From an uncultured Gemmatimonadaceae bacterium (GTDB lineage: Bacteria; Gemmatimonadota; Gemmatimonadetes; Gemmatimonadales; Gemmatimonadaceae): 64,000 nucleotides of DNA. Made by a program: the position numbers and the translations under genes. Below, piece after piece: positions 51,761 through 61,738 of this stretch. Under the pieces are notes generated by a model. That model saw only the letters and a list, made by a program, of their open reading frames with translations, searched no databases and was not told the origin of the DNA. Every line of letters starts with the position of its first letter. Within the stretch, counting starts at the first letter, position 1. Location: assembly GCA_963740355.1 (NCBI GenBank), contig CAVUDW010000003.1, positions 1,728,001 to 1,792,000 of the forward strand. The letters run 5' to 3'.

Positions 51761-54331
51761 ATGGCTGAACGTCAGACCCTCCCAGTCCTGCCCCTTCGCG
51801 GACAGGTCATCTTCCCCGGCCTCACCGCCCCCATCGCCGCCGGTCGTCCCGGCACGCTGCGGGCCATCGAGACCGCCCTGAAGGGCGATCGCCTCGTCTT
51901 CGCCGTCGCCCAGCGCGACAACTCCGACGAGCCGTCGGGCGACGTGCTGTACACCACCGGCGTGATTGCCCGCATCGGCCAGATCCAGCGCGGACTGGGC
52001 GGCGTGCAGCTGCTGCTGCAGGGTGAGTTGCGCGCCACCGCTCTGCAGTTCGTCAAGACGGAGGGGTTCCTCTCCGCCGTGGTCGTGCCGACGGCCGACA
52101 TGGAACCGATCGACCCCAAGGACCCCGCCTTCGAGGCACTGCATCGCGAAACCCGCGAGCGCGCCACGGAGCTGGGCGAAAAGCGCGGCCTGCCGGAAGA
52201 GGCAGTCCATCAGGTGCTCGATAGTGTGACCGAGCCAGGCCGATTTGCCGACCTCGTGGCCGGCTACCTGGATGTCGATGTCCCGCAGAAGCAGGCCCTT
52301 CTCGAGACGCTCAGCGTCGAGGAGCGCATCCGTCGCGTGCTGGTGCACGTCCAGCGTCAGATCGGCATGCTCTCGGCGCAGGAAGACATCAAGAACCAGG
52401 TCCAGGAAGAGCTGGGCGACCGGCAGCGCGAGATGTTCCTGCGCGAGCAGCTGAAGGCGATCCAGAAGGAGCTGGGCGACGACGACTCGAGCAAGGAAGT
52501 CGAAGCGCTGCGCGAGAAGCTGGCCAAGCTCGAGCTGCCGACGGATGCGCAGAAGGAAGTGAATCGGGAACTGGCGCGCCTCGAGCGTGCCGGTCGCGAG
52601 AGCATGGAGGCACAGGTCATTCGTACCTACCTCGAGTCGATCGCGGAGCTGCCGTGGAATACGCGCAGCGACGACCAACTTGACTTGAACCATGCCGTCA
52701 GCGTGCTCGAGGACGACCACTACGGCCTCAAGGACGTGAAGGATCGCGTGCTCGAGTTCCTCGCGGTGCGTCAGTTGCGGGCGAAGCAGATGGAAGCCGA
52801 ACTGCACGAGACGGGTGAATTGCCGGTCTCGAAGCTGGTTGGCGATGACGAGGCGATTCCGGCGACGGACAAGCCGATCACCGATGGCAAGGAAGCGAAG
52901 TCGCGTGCCATGGCGCGTGGCCCGATCCTGTTGTTCAACGGCCCTCCTGGCGTTGGCAAGACGTCGATCGCCAAGTCCATCGCTCGTGCCTTGGGACGTG
53001 AGTATGTGCGCATCGCCCTCGGCGGTGTGCGCGACGAAGCGGACATCCGCGGTCACCGCCGCACCTATGTCGGCGCCATGCCCGGCCGCATCATCAATGG
53101 CATGAAGGCCGCCGGGACCAAGAACCCGGTGTTCCTGCTGGACGAAGTGGACAAGCTGGGCACCGGCTTTCAGGGTGATCCGGCCAGTGCATTGCTCGAG
53201 GTGCTCGATCCGGCGCAGAACAACAGCTTCACCGATCACTACCTGGGAGTGCCGTTCGACCTCAGCGAGGTGTTGTTCATCGCCACGTCGAATTTCATCC
53301 AGAACATCCCCGGGCCACTGCTGGATCGCATGGAAGTCGTGGAATTCAGCGGCTACACGGAGAAGGAGAAGGCCGGGATCGCGACGCAGTATCTCGTGCC
53401 GCGCCAGTTCGACGAGTCGGGGTTGAAAAGCGCGGGCATCACGCTCACGCCGGATGCCGTGATGACGGTCGTGAGCCAGTACACACGCGAGGCCGGTGTG
53501 CGTCAGCTCGAGCGCCAGATCGGCGCCGTGGCGCGCAAGGTCGCACGCAAGCTGGCGGCCGGTGGCGAGGATGCCGCGAAGGTGCCGAAGGTGCTCGACA
53601 GCGGTGATGTGCGCGACCTGCTTGGCCGCCCACGTGTGCACCCGGAGAAGATCAGCGAAACCGACGCCGTCGGTATCGCCAATGGCATGTACTACACGCC
53701 GATGGGCGGCGACATCATGTTCGTCGAGGCGTCTGTGCGTCGTCCTGGTACGCGCTCGGTCGCGCGTCCCGGTGTGGCCGAAGCAGCGGTCGAGACGATC
53801 ACCGACGGTCTCGGGGTCAGCGGGCCGGTGTCGCTGATCCTCACCGGGCAGTTGGGTGATGTGATGAAGGAAAGTGCGCGGGCTGCATTTACCTACGCCA
53901 CCAACAACGCGGCATCGCTGGGCATTCCCGCCAGCCGCCTCGGCGCGGTGGAAGCACACATCCACGTGCCGGCGGGTGCAATTCCGAAGGATGGTCCGAG
54001 CGCGGGTATCGCGATCGCGACGGCGTTGGTGAGTGAGATGAGTGGTCGCCCCGTGCGCCGCGACGTGAGCATGACCGGTGAGATCACGCTGCGTGGCCGC
54101 GTGCTGCCGATCGGCGGCATCAAGGAGAAGGTGCTTGGCGCGCATCGCGCTGGCATCAAGCACGTGATCATCCCGAAGGCGAACGAGGCGGATCTCGAGG
54201 ATGTACCGGAAGAGGTGCGCCAGACGCTCACCTTCTACCCGGTGCAAACGCTGGAGGAGGTGTTGAAGGTGGCGCTGGTGCCACAGAGCGATGTCGAGCG
54301 TGTGATCGAACGCGAACTGGCCTCGCTCTGA
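51761..54331 (+). CDS. lon: ATP-dependent protease La
   Basis: [59 protein letters not shown]. Confidence 0.97.
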   Translation: MAERQTLPVLPLRGQVIFPGLTAPIAAGRPGTLRAIETALKGDRLVFAVAQRDNSDEPSGDVLYTTGVIARIGQIQRGLGGVQLLLQGELRATALQFVKTEGFLSAVVVPTADMEPIDPKDPAFEALHRETRERATELGEKRGLPEEAVHQVLDSVTEPGRFADLVAGYLDVDVPQKQALLETLSVEERIRRVLVHVQRQIGMLSAQEDIKNQVQEELGDRQREMFLREQLKAIQKELGDDDSSKEVEALREKLAKLELPTDAQKEVNRELARLERAGRESMEAQVIRTYLESIAELPWNTRSDDQLDLNHAVSVLEDDHYGLKDVKDRVLEFLAVRQLRAKQMEAELHETGELPVSKLVGDDEAIPATDKPITDGKEAKSRAMARGPILLFNGPPGVGKTSIAKSIARALGREYVRIALGGVRDEADIRGHRRTYVGAMPGRIINGMKAAGTKNPVFLLDEVDKLGTGFQGDPASALLEVLDPAQNNSFTDHYLGVPFDLSEVLFIATSNFIQNIPGPLLDRMEVVEFSGYTEKEKAGIATQYLVPRQFDESGLKSAGITLTPDAVMTVVSQYTREAGVRQLERQIGAVARKVARKLAAGGEDAAKVPKVLDSGDVRDLLGRPRVHPEKISETDAVGIANGMYYTPMGGDIMFVEASVRRPGTRSVARPGVAEAAVETITDGLGVSGPVSLILTGQLGDVMKESARAAFTYATNNAASLGIPASRLGAVEAHIHVPAGAIPKDGPSAGIAIATALVSEMSGRPVRRDVSMTGEITLRGRVLPIGGIKEKVLGAHRAGIKHVIIPKANEADLEDVPEEVRQTLTFYPVQTLEEVLKVALVPQSDVERVIERELASL

Positions 54332-54499
54332 GGACCGGCTGATACGTCAGATGGCGTAGCCCAGTGACGCGTCAGTGACGTGATGGCACGAACGCCCTGT
54401 CGGAGAGATCCGGCAGGGCGTTCGTGGCGTTTACGGCGGTCGGGAACTGGTCTGCCGCTCGGCGGATACACCCCGCGTTCCTCCTGACCCGAGCCCGCC

Positions 54500-55060
54500 A
54501 TGCGCCGTCGAATCCTGTTCGTTGCTGCGGTTGCAGTCGTTCCACTCTCCCTCGCACTCGCGAATCGCCTCCGGCCGCTACCGGCCACGGGTTCGGCGAC
54601 GCACGTGACGGCGTCACTGCCCGACCACGGCGCAATGCCTGAGCTCACCGGTGGGACGCAATGGATCAACGGTCCGGCGATCACGCGCGCATCACTGCGC
54701 GGACGGGTCACGATGATCGAGATCTGGACGTACGGCTGTTACAACTGCCTCAACGCGCTGCCGCACATCAAGGAGACCGCGAGCCGTTACAAAGCTGCCG
54801 GACTCGTCACGATTGGTGTCCATACGCCCGAGTTCGACCGTGAGAAAGTGCCCGCCAACGTGGAACGCCGCGTGAAGGAACTCGGCGTCGAGTTCCCGGT
54901 GGTGATGGACAACGACTTTGCAATCTGGCGTGCCTTCAACAATCGCTTCTGGCCATCCGTCTACATTGTGGACAAGCAGGGGCGAATCCGCTTCCATCAC
55001 GATGGTGAGGGGCGGTATGACGACATCGATGCGGCAGTGCGCATGCTGCTGGCGGAGTGA
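54500..55060 (+). CDS. Exported redoxin (DipZ C-terminal/TlpA-like thioredoxin)
   Basis: Signal peptide, WTYGCYNC, IGVHTPEF, NRFWP, GEGRY. Confidence 0.88.
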   Translation: MRRRILFVAAVAVVPLSLALANRLRPLPATGSATHVTASLPDHGAMPELTGGTQWINGPAITRASLRGRVTMIEIWTYGCYNCLNALPHIKETASRYKAAGLVTIGVHTPEFDREKVPANVERRVKELGVEFPVVMDNDFAIWRAFNNRFWPSVYIVDKQGRIRFHHDGEGRYDDIDAAVRMLLAE

Positions 55061-55066
55061 CGAGTG

Positions 55067-55882
55067 ATGAGTGAAGGGCCCGTAGACCTGCCAGTGCCAG
55101 CGCGACCGCTCGCTCCCACGCCCCCGTATGGCTTGCCGGAGCAGTTCACCGCGCAGTCACGAAAGGCGCGTAGCACACGGCATCACCCCATCGTGCGCGT
55201 CACGCACTGGGTCAGCGCGCTGGCGTTGTTCGTGATGGCAGGCTCAGGGCTTCGCATCTTCAATGCCAGCCCGCGCTTCGCGCCGAAGGGGCAGACCTTT
55301 GCCTGGTGGCCGTGGGAAGGCAAGGCGGTACCGGACGTGCTCACCTTCGGCGGATGGCTGGGTGGTGCGCGCCATTGGCACTTCGCGATGATGTGGCTGC
55401 TGGTCGCGAACGGCGCTGTCTATCTCGGCTACCTCTGGTTCAAGGGCGAGTGGCGTGAACTCACGCCGTTGCGCGGCAGCGTGCATGATGCCGTGGCGAT
55501 GGCCAGGTTCTACCTCGGGCTGCAGAAGCGGCACCCGCATCAAGGCAAGCACAACGCGCTGCAGAAGTACGCCTACAGCAGCATGATCGTGCTTGGCATC
55601 GTGTCGGTCGTCTCCGGCGTCGCCATCTGGAAGCCGGTATCACTCGGGTGGCTGGCGGCGGCAATGGGTGGCTATCATCTCGCCCGTTGGTGGCACTTCA
55701 CGGCGATGCTGGCGTTGGGCGTGCTGGTGGTGGTCCACGTCGTGATGGTGTTTGCGGTGGATCCATACGCACTCCGCGCGATGACGACCGGCGGCTACGA
55801 CGACGAACGATTCTCGCCTGAGGCTCGCAACGCGAGACCTTTCATCAATCTCGCGCCAGCGAAACCGGAGGAGCCCGCGTGA
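55067..55882 (+). CDS. Di-heme cytochrome b (Ni/Fe-hydrogenase/thiosulfate reductase cyt b family)
   Basis: VRVTHW, SGLRIFNA, RHWHFAMMW, HNALQK, RWWHF, VHVVM. Confidence 0.85.
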   Translation: MSEGPVDLPVPARPLAPTPPYGLPEQFTAQSRKARSTRHHPIVRVTHWVSALALFVMAGSGLRIFNASPRFAPKGQTFAWWPWEGKAVPDVLTFGGWLGGARHWHFAMMWLLVANGAVYLGYLWFKGEWRELTPLRGSVHDAVAMARFYLGLQKRHPHQGKHNALQKYAYSSMIVLGIVSVVSGVAIWKPVSLGWLAAAMGGYHLARWWHFTAMLALGVLVVVHVVMVFAVDPYALRAMTTGGYDDERFSPEARNARPFINLAPAKPEEPA

Positions 55883-56652
55883 CGCCACATCGCGAGATCA
55901 TGCGCAGGGCAGACGAAGTGGTGGAGCGTGCCCGCGACGCCGGACGCCTCGATCGGCGCGCGTTCCTTCGTCTCTCCACGCTCGGCATTGGCGCAACCGT
56001 GTTGGCGGCGTGTAACAGCGCGGGCCCGAAGTCGGCCGACAAGCTGTTGTCGTTCGCCACACGGCAGAACGAAAAATTCGAACGCTGGATCCTCGGCGCC
56101 AACACATCGGCGCGCACGGGCAGCGTCGCGCCGGCAGGTGCACGGTTCCCGTCCTACTGGATCAGCGATACAGTGCCGATCTGGGACGAAGCCGCACGTG
56201 GTGCATGGAGCCTCGAGGTCACGGGCGCCGTCAAATCGCCACGCACGTTCTCGTACGACGACCTGCGCCGCATGAAGCTCGAGACGCAGCGCGTGCCGCA
56301 CTATTGCGTCGAGGGCTGGACGGCGACGGCGGACTTCACGGGTGTTCCGATGCGCGCGTTGCTCGCCACCGTGCAACCGACCGCAGACGCGAAATTCGTG
56401 GATTTCGCCAGCTTCGACGATGGCTACCACGAAAGCTGGGACATCGAGAGCGTGCTGCACCCGCAGACGATGGTGGTACTGGCCAAGGATGGCAAACGTC
56501 TCTCACCCGGCTACGGTGCGCCCGCCCGCGTGCACGGCCCGATCAAGCTGGGGTACAAGAACACCAAGTACCTGACGAAGATCGTCGTCATGCCCGGCGC
56601 CAACGGCGGCTACTGGAGCGATCGCGGCTACGAGTGGTACGGCGGGACGTGA
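55879..56652 (+). CDS. Tat-exported molybdopterin oxidoreductase (sulfite oxidase/MsrP family)
   Basis: DRRAFL twin-arginine signal with LAAC, HYCVEGW, GAPAR, KLGYKNTKY, GYWSDRGY. Confidence 0.88.
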   Translation: MTPHREIMRRADEVVERARDAGRLDRRAFLRLSTLGIGATVLAACNSAGPKSADKLLSFATRQNEKFERWILGANTSARTGSVAPAGARFPSYWISDTVPIWDEAARGAWSLEVTGAVKSPRTFSYDDLRRMKLETQRVPHYCVEGWTATADFTGVPMRALLATVQPTADAKFVDFASFDDGYHESWDIESVLHPQTMVVLAKDGKRLSPGYGAPARVHGPIKLGYKNTKYLTKIVVMPGANGGYWSDRGYEWYGGT

Positions 56653-56656
56653 TGGC

Positions 56657-57154
56657 CTATCTCGGCAACGCCTGGTTGTACGTCCAGATCGCGCGCGAGA
56701 AGTGCTGATCGGCCTTGGCCATCTGCGCGGCCGAGAACAGACCACCCACCACGCCGAGGCTGACGCCGCCATAGATCGACGCGAGGCGGGTGGCATCCTT
56801 GTCGCTTTGGGCGGCAATCATCATCCAGGCGAAGGCGGCGCCGGTCGCGACGAGACCGATCACGCGGCCGCGCATCATCCGCGAATGGCCCAACTCTGCC
56901 TCGTTCAACGCGCTCGGTACGAGGCGGACGGCGTCGACGATACCGCGACCGGTGAAGCCGACTTTCCGCGCCGCCCCGTCCAGTCCAGTGCGCACACGCA
57001 GGCCGGAAAACCCGCCGTTCTCCAGGCGCAGCGCGCAGGTCGTGTAGGTGCAGGCCGAGAGTGTGGTCTGTGCGGCTGCGACCGTGGGGGCCTGGGCGTG
57101 CAACGACGTTGCGAGCGCCAACAGGCACACGGGCATGGCGAGGATGGGACGCAT
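56657..57154 (-). CDS. Hypothetical membrane protein
   Basis: Signal peptide, two TM segments and C-terminal AIWTYN. Confidence 0.65.
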   Translation of the reverse strand: MRPILAMPVCLLALATSLHAQAPTVAAAQTTLSACTYTTCALRLENGGFSGLRVRTGLDGAARKVGFTGRGIVDAVRLVPSALNEAELGHSRMMRGRVIGLVATGAAFAWMMIAAQSDKDATRLASIYGGVSLGVVGGLFSAAQMAKADQHFSRAIWTYNQALPR

Positions 57155-57218
57155 GTGCGGAAGCGGTGAGGGAAAACGAAGGACCTGCTGTACCCAGACA
57201 CGGCAACGGGCCGAAGAC

Positions 57219-59231
57219 CTACCGCCCGATGCCGCCCAGCTCCATCAGCTTCCACACATCGAGCGGAATGGCTCCCGGCTCCGTGCCGGAGACGAACCAT
57301 TCGGTGTAGCGCTTCTCGGGGAGCGTGGTGGCCGTGGCGGGCAGGCCCGTGTCACGATCGAGGTCCACCGATAGCACGCCGGGCGGCGGGGTCCACGGCA
57401 TGGTCGCGCGATTGCCGGCGTAGTACGCGGCCACGGCGCGCCCGAAAATCGGCGCGGCGATGGTACCGCCGGCTGCCTGCCCACCGGAGATCGGCTTCGG
57501 TGTGTCGTACCCAACCCACACCGCGCCCACCAGCTCAGGGGTCATGCCGACGAACCAGACGTCAGTGCTGCCGTTGGTGGTGCCGGTCTTGCCTGCCACG
57601 GGAATCCGCGCTGGCACGTACTTCCGAACTGCGGTGGCCGTGCCTCGCTCGACCACATCGCGCATCATGTCGCGCAACACGAAAGCCGCGCGGTTGTCGA
57701 GCGCGTACTGCGGCGCTGGAATGCGTGGCGACCAGACCGTGCGACCGCCACGATCCTCGACCCGTTGCACGAAGCGCGGCTTCACCACCGCGCCACCGTT
57801 CGCAATCGCGCCATAGGCCGTCGCCATGTCGAGCGGCCGCACACTGGCGGTGCCGATCGCGCTCGACGGGTACGGTTGAATGGTGGCGTCGATCCCCATC
57901 CGGTGGGCCAGCGCGGCCACACTGTCGATGGTGACCTGCATGCCCAGCTGCACGGCCACTGGATTGCGCGACTGCACCAGTGCCTCGCGCATCGTCAGCG
58001 CGCCGAGGTACTTGCCGTCGGCATTGTCGGGCGAGTAGACCTGGCCATTCGGCTGCACGATGCGGAGCGCCGTGTCCTGCTCGATCGTGTTGGCGGGGAT
58101 TCCCTGGAGCAGCGCCGTGCCGTAGACGAAGGGCTTGAAGCTCGACCCGGGCTGACGTCGGCCATCGATCACACGATCGAACGATGAGGTGGCGAAATCC
58201 TTGCCACCGACCAATGCGAGCACTTCGCCGGTCAGCGGCGACAACATCACCATCGCGCCTTGCAGCGTACCGGTGGCGGGTCGTGGTGCCGGCGCGGCGC
58301 CTTTCTTTCGACGGCGGACGGGTGCGGCTTCGGTGCTGTTCACCATCTCGCGCAGTGCCCGGGCGCCGGCGCGCTGCAACACCGGATCGATGGTGGTGAA
58401 GACGCGGTAGCCGCCCTCGGAGACATTCACGCCACCCCGCTCCGCCTGTACACGGGCCACGTTCACCATGTAATTGAAGCTGGCGTCGATCGCGTCGTTG
58501 GTGACGACCAGCGGCGTCGCCTGCGCCGCCGTCTTCTGTGCCGCCGTGATGAAGTTCTGTTCCGCCATCAGCGACAGCACCAGGTCGCGGCGCTTCTTCA
58601 CGCGATCGGGGTGGCGGAGTGGATCGTAGACCGCCGGCCCATTCGGCACGCCGGCCAGTGCCGCGGCCTCGGCGAGCGTCAATCGTGCCGCTGGCTTGCC
58701 GAAGTAGTGTCGAGCGGCCGCGTCGATGCCGTACCAGCCATGGCCGAACGGCACCGTGTTCATGTAGGCCTCGAGGATCTGCGCCTTGTTGTAGCGGCGC
58801 TCCATTTCGCGGGCTGCGCTTTGCTCGCGCAGCTTGCGTCCGATCGAGGCGTCACGCCGATCGACGAGGTCGGGGTGCATGTTGCCGACCAACTGCTGCG
58901 TGATCGTGCTTGCGCCGCGGGCATGGCCCATCACGGCGTCCTTCACCGCGGCCGCGACGCCAACCAGGTCCACGCCATCGTGCTGGTAGAAGCGCTGGTC
59001 CTCGATCGCCACGAACGCCTGGCCGACGAACTTGGGCAGGGAGCTGATCGCGACGTTGGTCCGGACCTGCTTGCCGAACTCCCCGATCACCGAGCCATCC
59101 CGGGCCAGCACCACGGAGGACTGCGGCAGCAGGATGATGGAGGACGCGTCGTTGGCCTGGGCGCCGGCGGCACCCGATGCGGCGGCGCTGAAAATCAGGG
59201 CCAGCGCGAGGGTCGAGAGGGGACGATTCAC
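57219..59231 (-). CDS. Class A penicillin-binding protein (PBP1A family)
   Basis: EDQRFYQHDG, GASTITQQL, RKLRE, QPGSSFKP, SRN, GKTGT. Confidence 0.93.
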   Translation of the reverse strand: MNRPLSTLALALIFSAAASGAAGAQANDASSIILLPQSSVVLARDGSVIGEFGKQVRTNVAISSLPKFVGQAFVAIEDQRFYQHDGVDLVGVAAAVKDAVMGHARGASTITQQLVGNMHPDLVDRRDASIGRKLREQSAAREMERRYNKAQILEAYMNTVPFGHGWYGIDAAARHYFGKPAARLTLAEAAALAGVPNGPAVYDPLRHPDRVKKRRDLVLSLMAEQNFITAAQKTAAQATPLVVTNDAIDASFNYMVNVARVQAERGGVNVSEGGYRVFTTIDPVLQRAGARALREMVNSTEAAPVRRRKKGAAPAPRPATGTLQGAMVMLSPLTGEVLALVGGKDFATSSFDRVIDGRRQPGSSFKPFVYGTALLQGIPANTIEQDTALRIVQPNGQVYSPDNADGKYLGALTMREALVQSRNPVAVQLGMQVTIDSVAALAHRMGIDATIQPYPSSAIGTASVRPLDMATAYGAIANGGAVVKPRFVQRVEDRGGRTVWSPRIPAPQYALDNRAAFVLRDMMRDVVERGTATAVRKYVPARIPVAGKTGTTNGSTDVWFVGMTPELVGAVWVGYDTPKPISGGQAAGGTIAAPIFGRAVAAYYAGNRATMPWTPPPGVLSVDLDRDTGLPATATTLPEKRYTEWFVSGTEPGAIPLDVWKLMELGGIGR

Positions 59232-59297
59232 GGGGGCTAATCTATCGCTGACCAAGGGACCTCGTCGTTGACACGGAGAACTCCGTAGCTTTCCTGC

Positions 59298-61118
59298 ATG
59301 CCTCGACTGCTTCGCCTCGGCCTCGCGCAATTTCGGCCTGCCAAGGCCAACTACACCGCCAACCGTGCGCAGATCGCCGCCCTCATGGCGCAGGCGATTG
59401 CGCAGGACCCGCGCCCCGACGTCCTCCATTTCCCGGAAACCGCCCTCACCGGCTACTTCCTCGAAGGCGGTGTCAGGGACCTTGCCGTGACTGCCGGGAC
59501 GCTGGCCGCTCACCTCCAGCACGACTTCGCACAAAACGCGCCTGCGGGCGCCACGCTGGACGTGGTGATCGGGTTTTACGAGCGTTGGCGCAATACGCTG
59601 TACAACAGCCAGATGTACGTCAGCCTCGGTGGTGCAGCGCCCACGATCCGACATGTGCATCGCAAGAACTTCCTCCCCACCTACGGGTTGTTCGACGAAG
59701 CACGGTTCGTCGAGGCCGGCCGCGAGATTCGCGCCTTCGACACCCAGTGGGGTCGCGCCGCGATGCTCGTCTGTGAGGATGCGTGGCACTCGATTTCTGG
59801 CACAATCGCGGCATTGGACGGCGCAGAAGTTGTGTTCGTGTCATCCGCAGCGCCGGCCCGTGGGCCGTGGCCGCGTCGCGATGACAATGGCGGGCCGGCC
59901 AGCGTCTATCGCTGGGAGCGATTGATCCGCGACATCGCGGAAGAACATGGCATGTTCGTCTCGTTGAGTAACCTGGTGGGCAGCGAGGGGGGCAAGATGT
60001 TCCCGGGCGCGTCGATCATCGCCGGGCCGCATGGGGATGTCCGCCTCACGTTGCCGCTGTTCGAACCCGCCATCGCGACATTGACCTGCGACCTGCGGGA
60101 TCTGGTGCGCGCACGTGCCGATTCACCGCTGTTGAGCGATGTGGCGCATGCATGGCCGCATCTCGAACACAACATCGCTGCGGCCATGCAGCGGACGCCG
60201 CACTTGTTGTCGTACGACGCGGCGGATGATGACGCCGTCAAGGTTGCGGCGTCGGCCGCGCCTGGCGCCACCGTGGCTGCCACCGGCGGGGGCATTTCCG
60301 GTGGCCCGTCGCCGCTCGAGATCAACGCACCGCTGGTGGAGCAGTGGCTGGTGCAGTTCATTCGCGACGAGATGACGCGCCGTGGATTCACCAAGGCGGT
60401 GATTGGCCTGTCAGGCGGTGTCGACTCGGCGGTGACCACCTATCTCGCCGCGCGTGCGCTGGGCCCCGAGAACGTGCTGGCGATCCGCATGCCGTACAAG
60501 TCGTCATCGAGCGACAGCCTCGCGCATGCGCAACTGGTGATCGACGACCTGGGCATCGAGCACCGGACGATGGAAATCACGGCCGCCGTGGACGGCTACC
60601 TGCAACAGGAGCCGGACGCCGATCCTGCGCGCCGCGGCAACGTCATGGCGCGGACCCGCATGATCACGCTCTTCGACATGAGTGCGAAGCACCGCGGGGT
60701 GCCGCTGGGCACTGGCAACAAGACGGAACGGCTGTTTGGGTACTACACCTGGCACGCCGACGACTCGCCGCCGATCAACCCACTCGGAGATCTTTACAAG
60801 TCGCAGGTGTGGGCACTGGCGCGCCATCTCGGGGTACCAGCCGATATCATCGACAAGCCCGCCTCCGCCGACCTGATCCAGGGTCAGACCGACGAAGGCG
60901 ACTTCGGGATCAGTTATGCTCGCGCTGACGAACTGCTCAACTGGATGCTCAATGGCTGGACGCCCGCTGACCTCGTGGCGCGTGGCTTCGACGCACGCAA
61001 CATCGAGATCGTCCGTCGCCGCCTCGAGTCCACCCACTGGAAACGTCGCTTGCCAACCGTAGCCTTGATCGGCCCAACTGCCATCGGCGAGAGCTATTTG
61101 CGACCGGTGGACTATTGA
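59298..61118 (+). CDS. nadE: Glutamine-dependent NAD+ synthetase
   Basis: Nitrilase domain (FPE, RK, CEDAW) plus GLSGGVDS, GNVMARTRM, GTGNKTE, DLYKSQV, PASADL. Confidence 0.95.
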   Translation: MPRLLRLGLAQFRPAKANYTANRAQIAALMAQAIAQDPRPDVLHFPETALTGYFLEGGVRDLAVTAGTLAAHLQHDFAQNAPAGATLDVVIGFYERWRNTLYNSQMYVSLGGAAPTIRHVHRKNFLPTYGLFDEARFVEAGREIRAFDTQWGRAAMLVCEDAWHSISGTIAALDGAEVVFVSSAAPARGPWPRRDDNGGPASVYRWERLIRDIAEEHGMFVSLSNLVGSEGGKMFPGASIIAGPHGDVRLTLPLFEPAIATLTCDLRDLVRARADSPLLSDVAHAWPHLEHNIAAAMQRTPHLLSYDAADDDAVKVAASAAPGATVAATGGGISGGPSPLEINAPLVEQWLVQFIRDEMTRRGFTKAVIGLSGGVDSAVTTYLAARALGPENVLAIRMPYKSSSSDSLAHAQLVIDDLGIEHRTMEITAAVDGYLQQEPDADPARRGNVMARTRMITLFDMSAKHRGVPLGTGNKTERLFGYYTWHADDSPPINPLGDLYKSQVWALARHLGVPADIIDKPASADLIQGQTDEGDFGISYARADELLNWMLNGWTPADLVARGFDARNIEIVRRRLESTHWKRRLPTVALIGPTAIGESYLRPVDY

Positions 61119-61738
61119 ACGCATCCGATGTCAGTGATGCGCACCACGACGTACCGGCCACCATCCGGTTGTACTTTGTGCGGGATGGCAGCGGCGTCGG
61201 GATCGAGGATCACTGCATCGGCCAGACGGATGTGCGTCTCTCCGCGGCAGGACGGCGACAGTGTCGGCGGCTCGTCCGGCAGATGCCGAAGCTCACGACA
61301 CGCTTCATCAGCAGCGATCTCCAGCGCGCCTATGCCTCGGCCGAGATCCTGACGGCGTCGCCGATCCTCGCCGAACCCCGTCTGCGTGAGATGTACTTCG
61401 GCGATTGGGATGGGCGACGCTGGTCGGACATCGCGCTGCCGCCGTCGGCTGATTCGGAGGCCTGGTCGGAGGAATGGCCCAGCATTCGTGCCCCGGGCGG
61501 CGAGTCATTCGTCGATGTCGTCACACGGGTCGAAGCCTGGCTCGAGTCACTGCCGCGGGATGGCAGCGACTATCTCGTGGTCGCGCACGCGGGCAGTATC
61601 CGCGCCGCCGCCGTTTCACTCCTTGGCATATCGCCGTCGAGGGCGTTCGATCTCGTGCTGGACCATGCGTCCGTCAGCACGTTCGAACTGTCGCAGCGCG
61701 GCGCTTCACTCATCCGATGGAATTCCCCAGGTCTGTAG
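61115..61738 (+). CDS. Histidine phosphatase family (CobC-like) with RHG changed to RDG
   Basis: FVRDG, SSDLQRA, LREMYFGDWDG, PGGES, VAHAGSIR. Confidence 0.8.
   Translation: MNASDVSDAHHDVPATIRLYFVRDGSGVGIEDHCIGQTDVRLSAAGRRQCRRLVRQMPKLTTRFISSDLQRAYASAEILTASPILAEPRLREMYFGDWDGRRWSDIALPPSADSEAWSEEWPSIRAPGGESFVDVVTRVEAWLESLPRDGSDYLVVAHAGSIRAAAVSLLGISPSRAFDLVLDHASVSTFELSQRGASLIRWNSPGL

Noticed and set aside
51356..54247. 963-aa antisense ORF (and similar long shadow ORFs at 2764-4302, 4408-6444, 18321-19811 and 33043-34548)
   Set aside because: These are antisense shadows of well-supported genes, expected from high-GC codon bias.
59232..59789. N-terminal extension of the PBP (856-aa ORF)
   Set aside because: It overlaps nadE on the opposite strand. 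The GTG at 59231 with a signal anchor is the better start.
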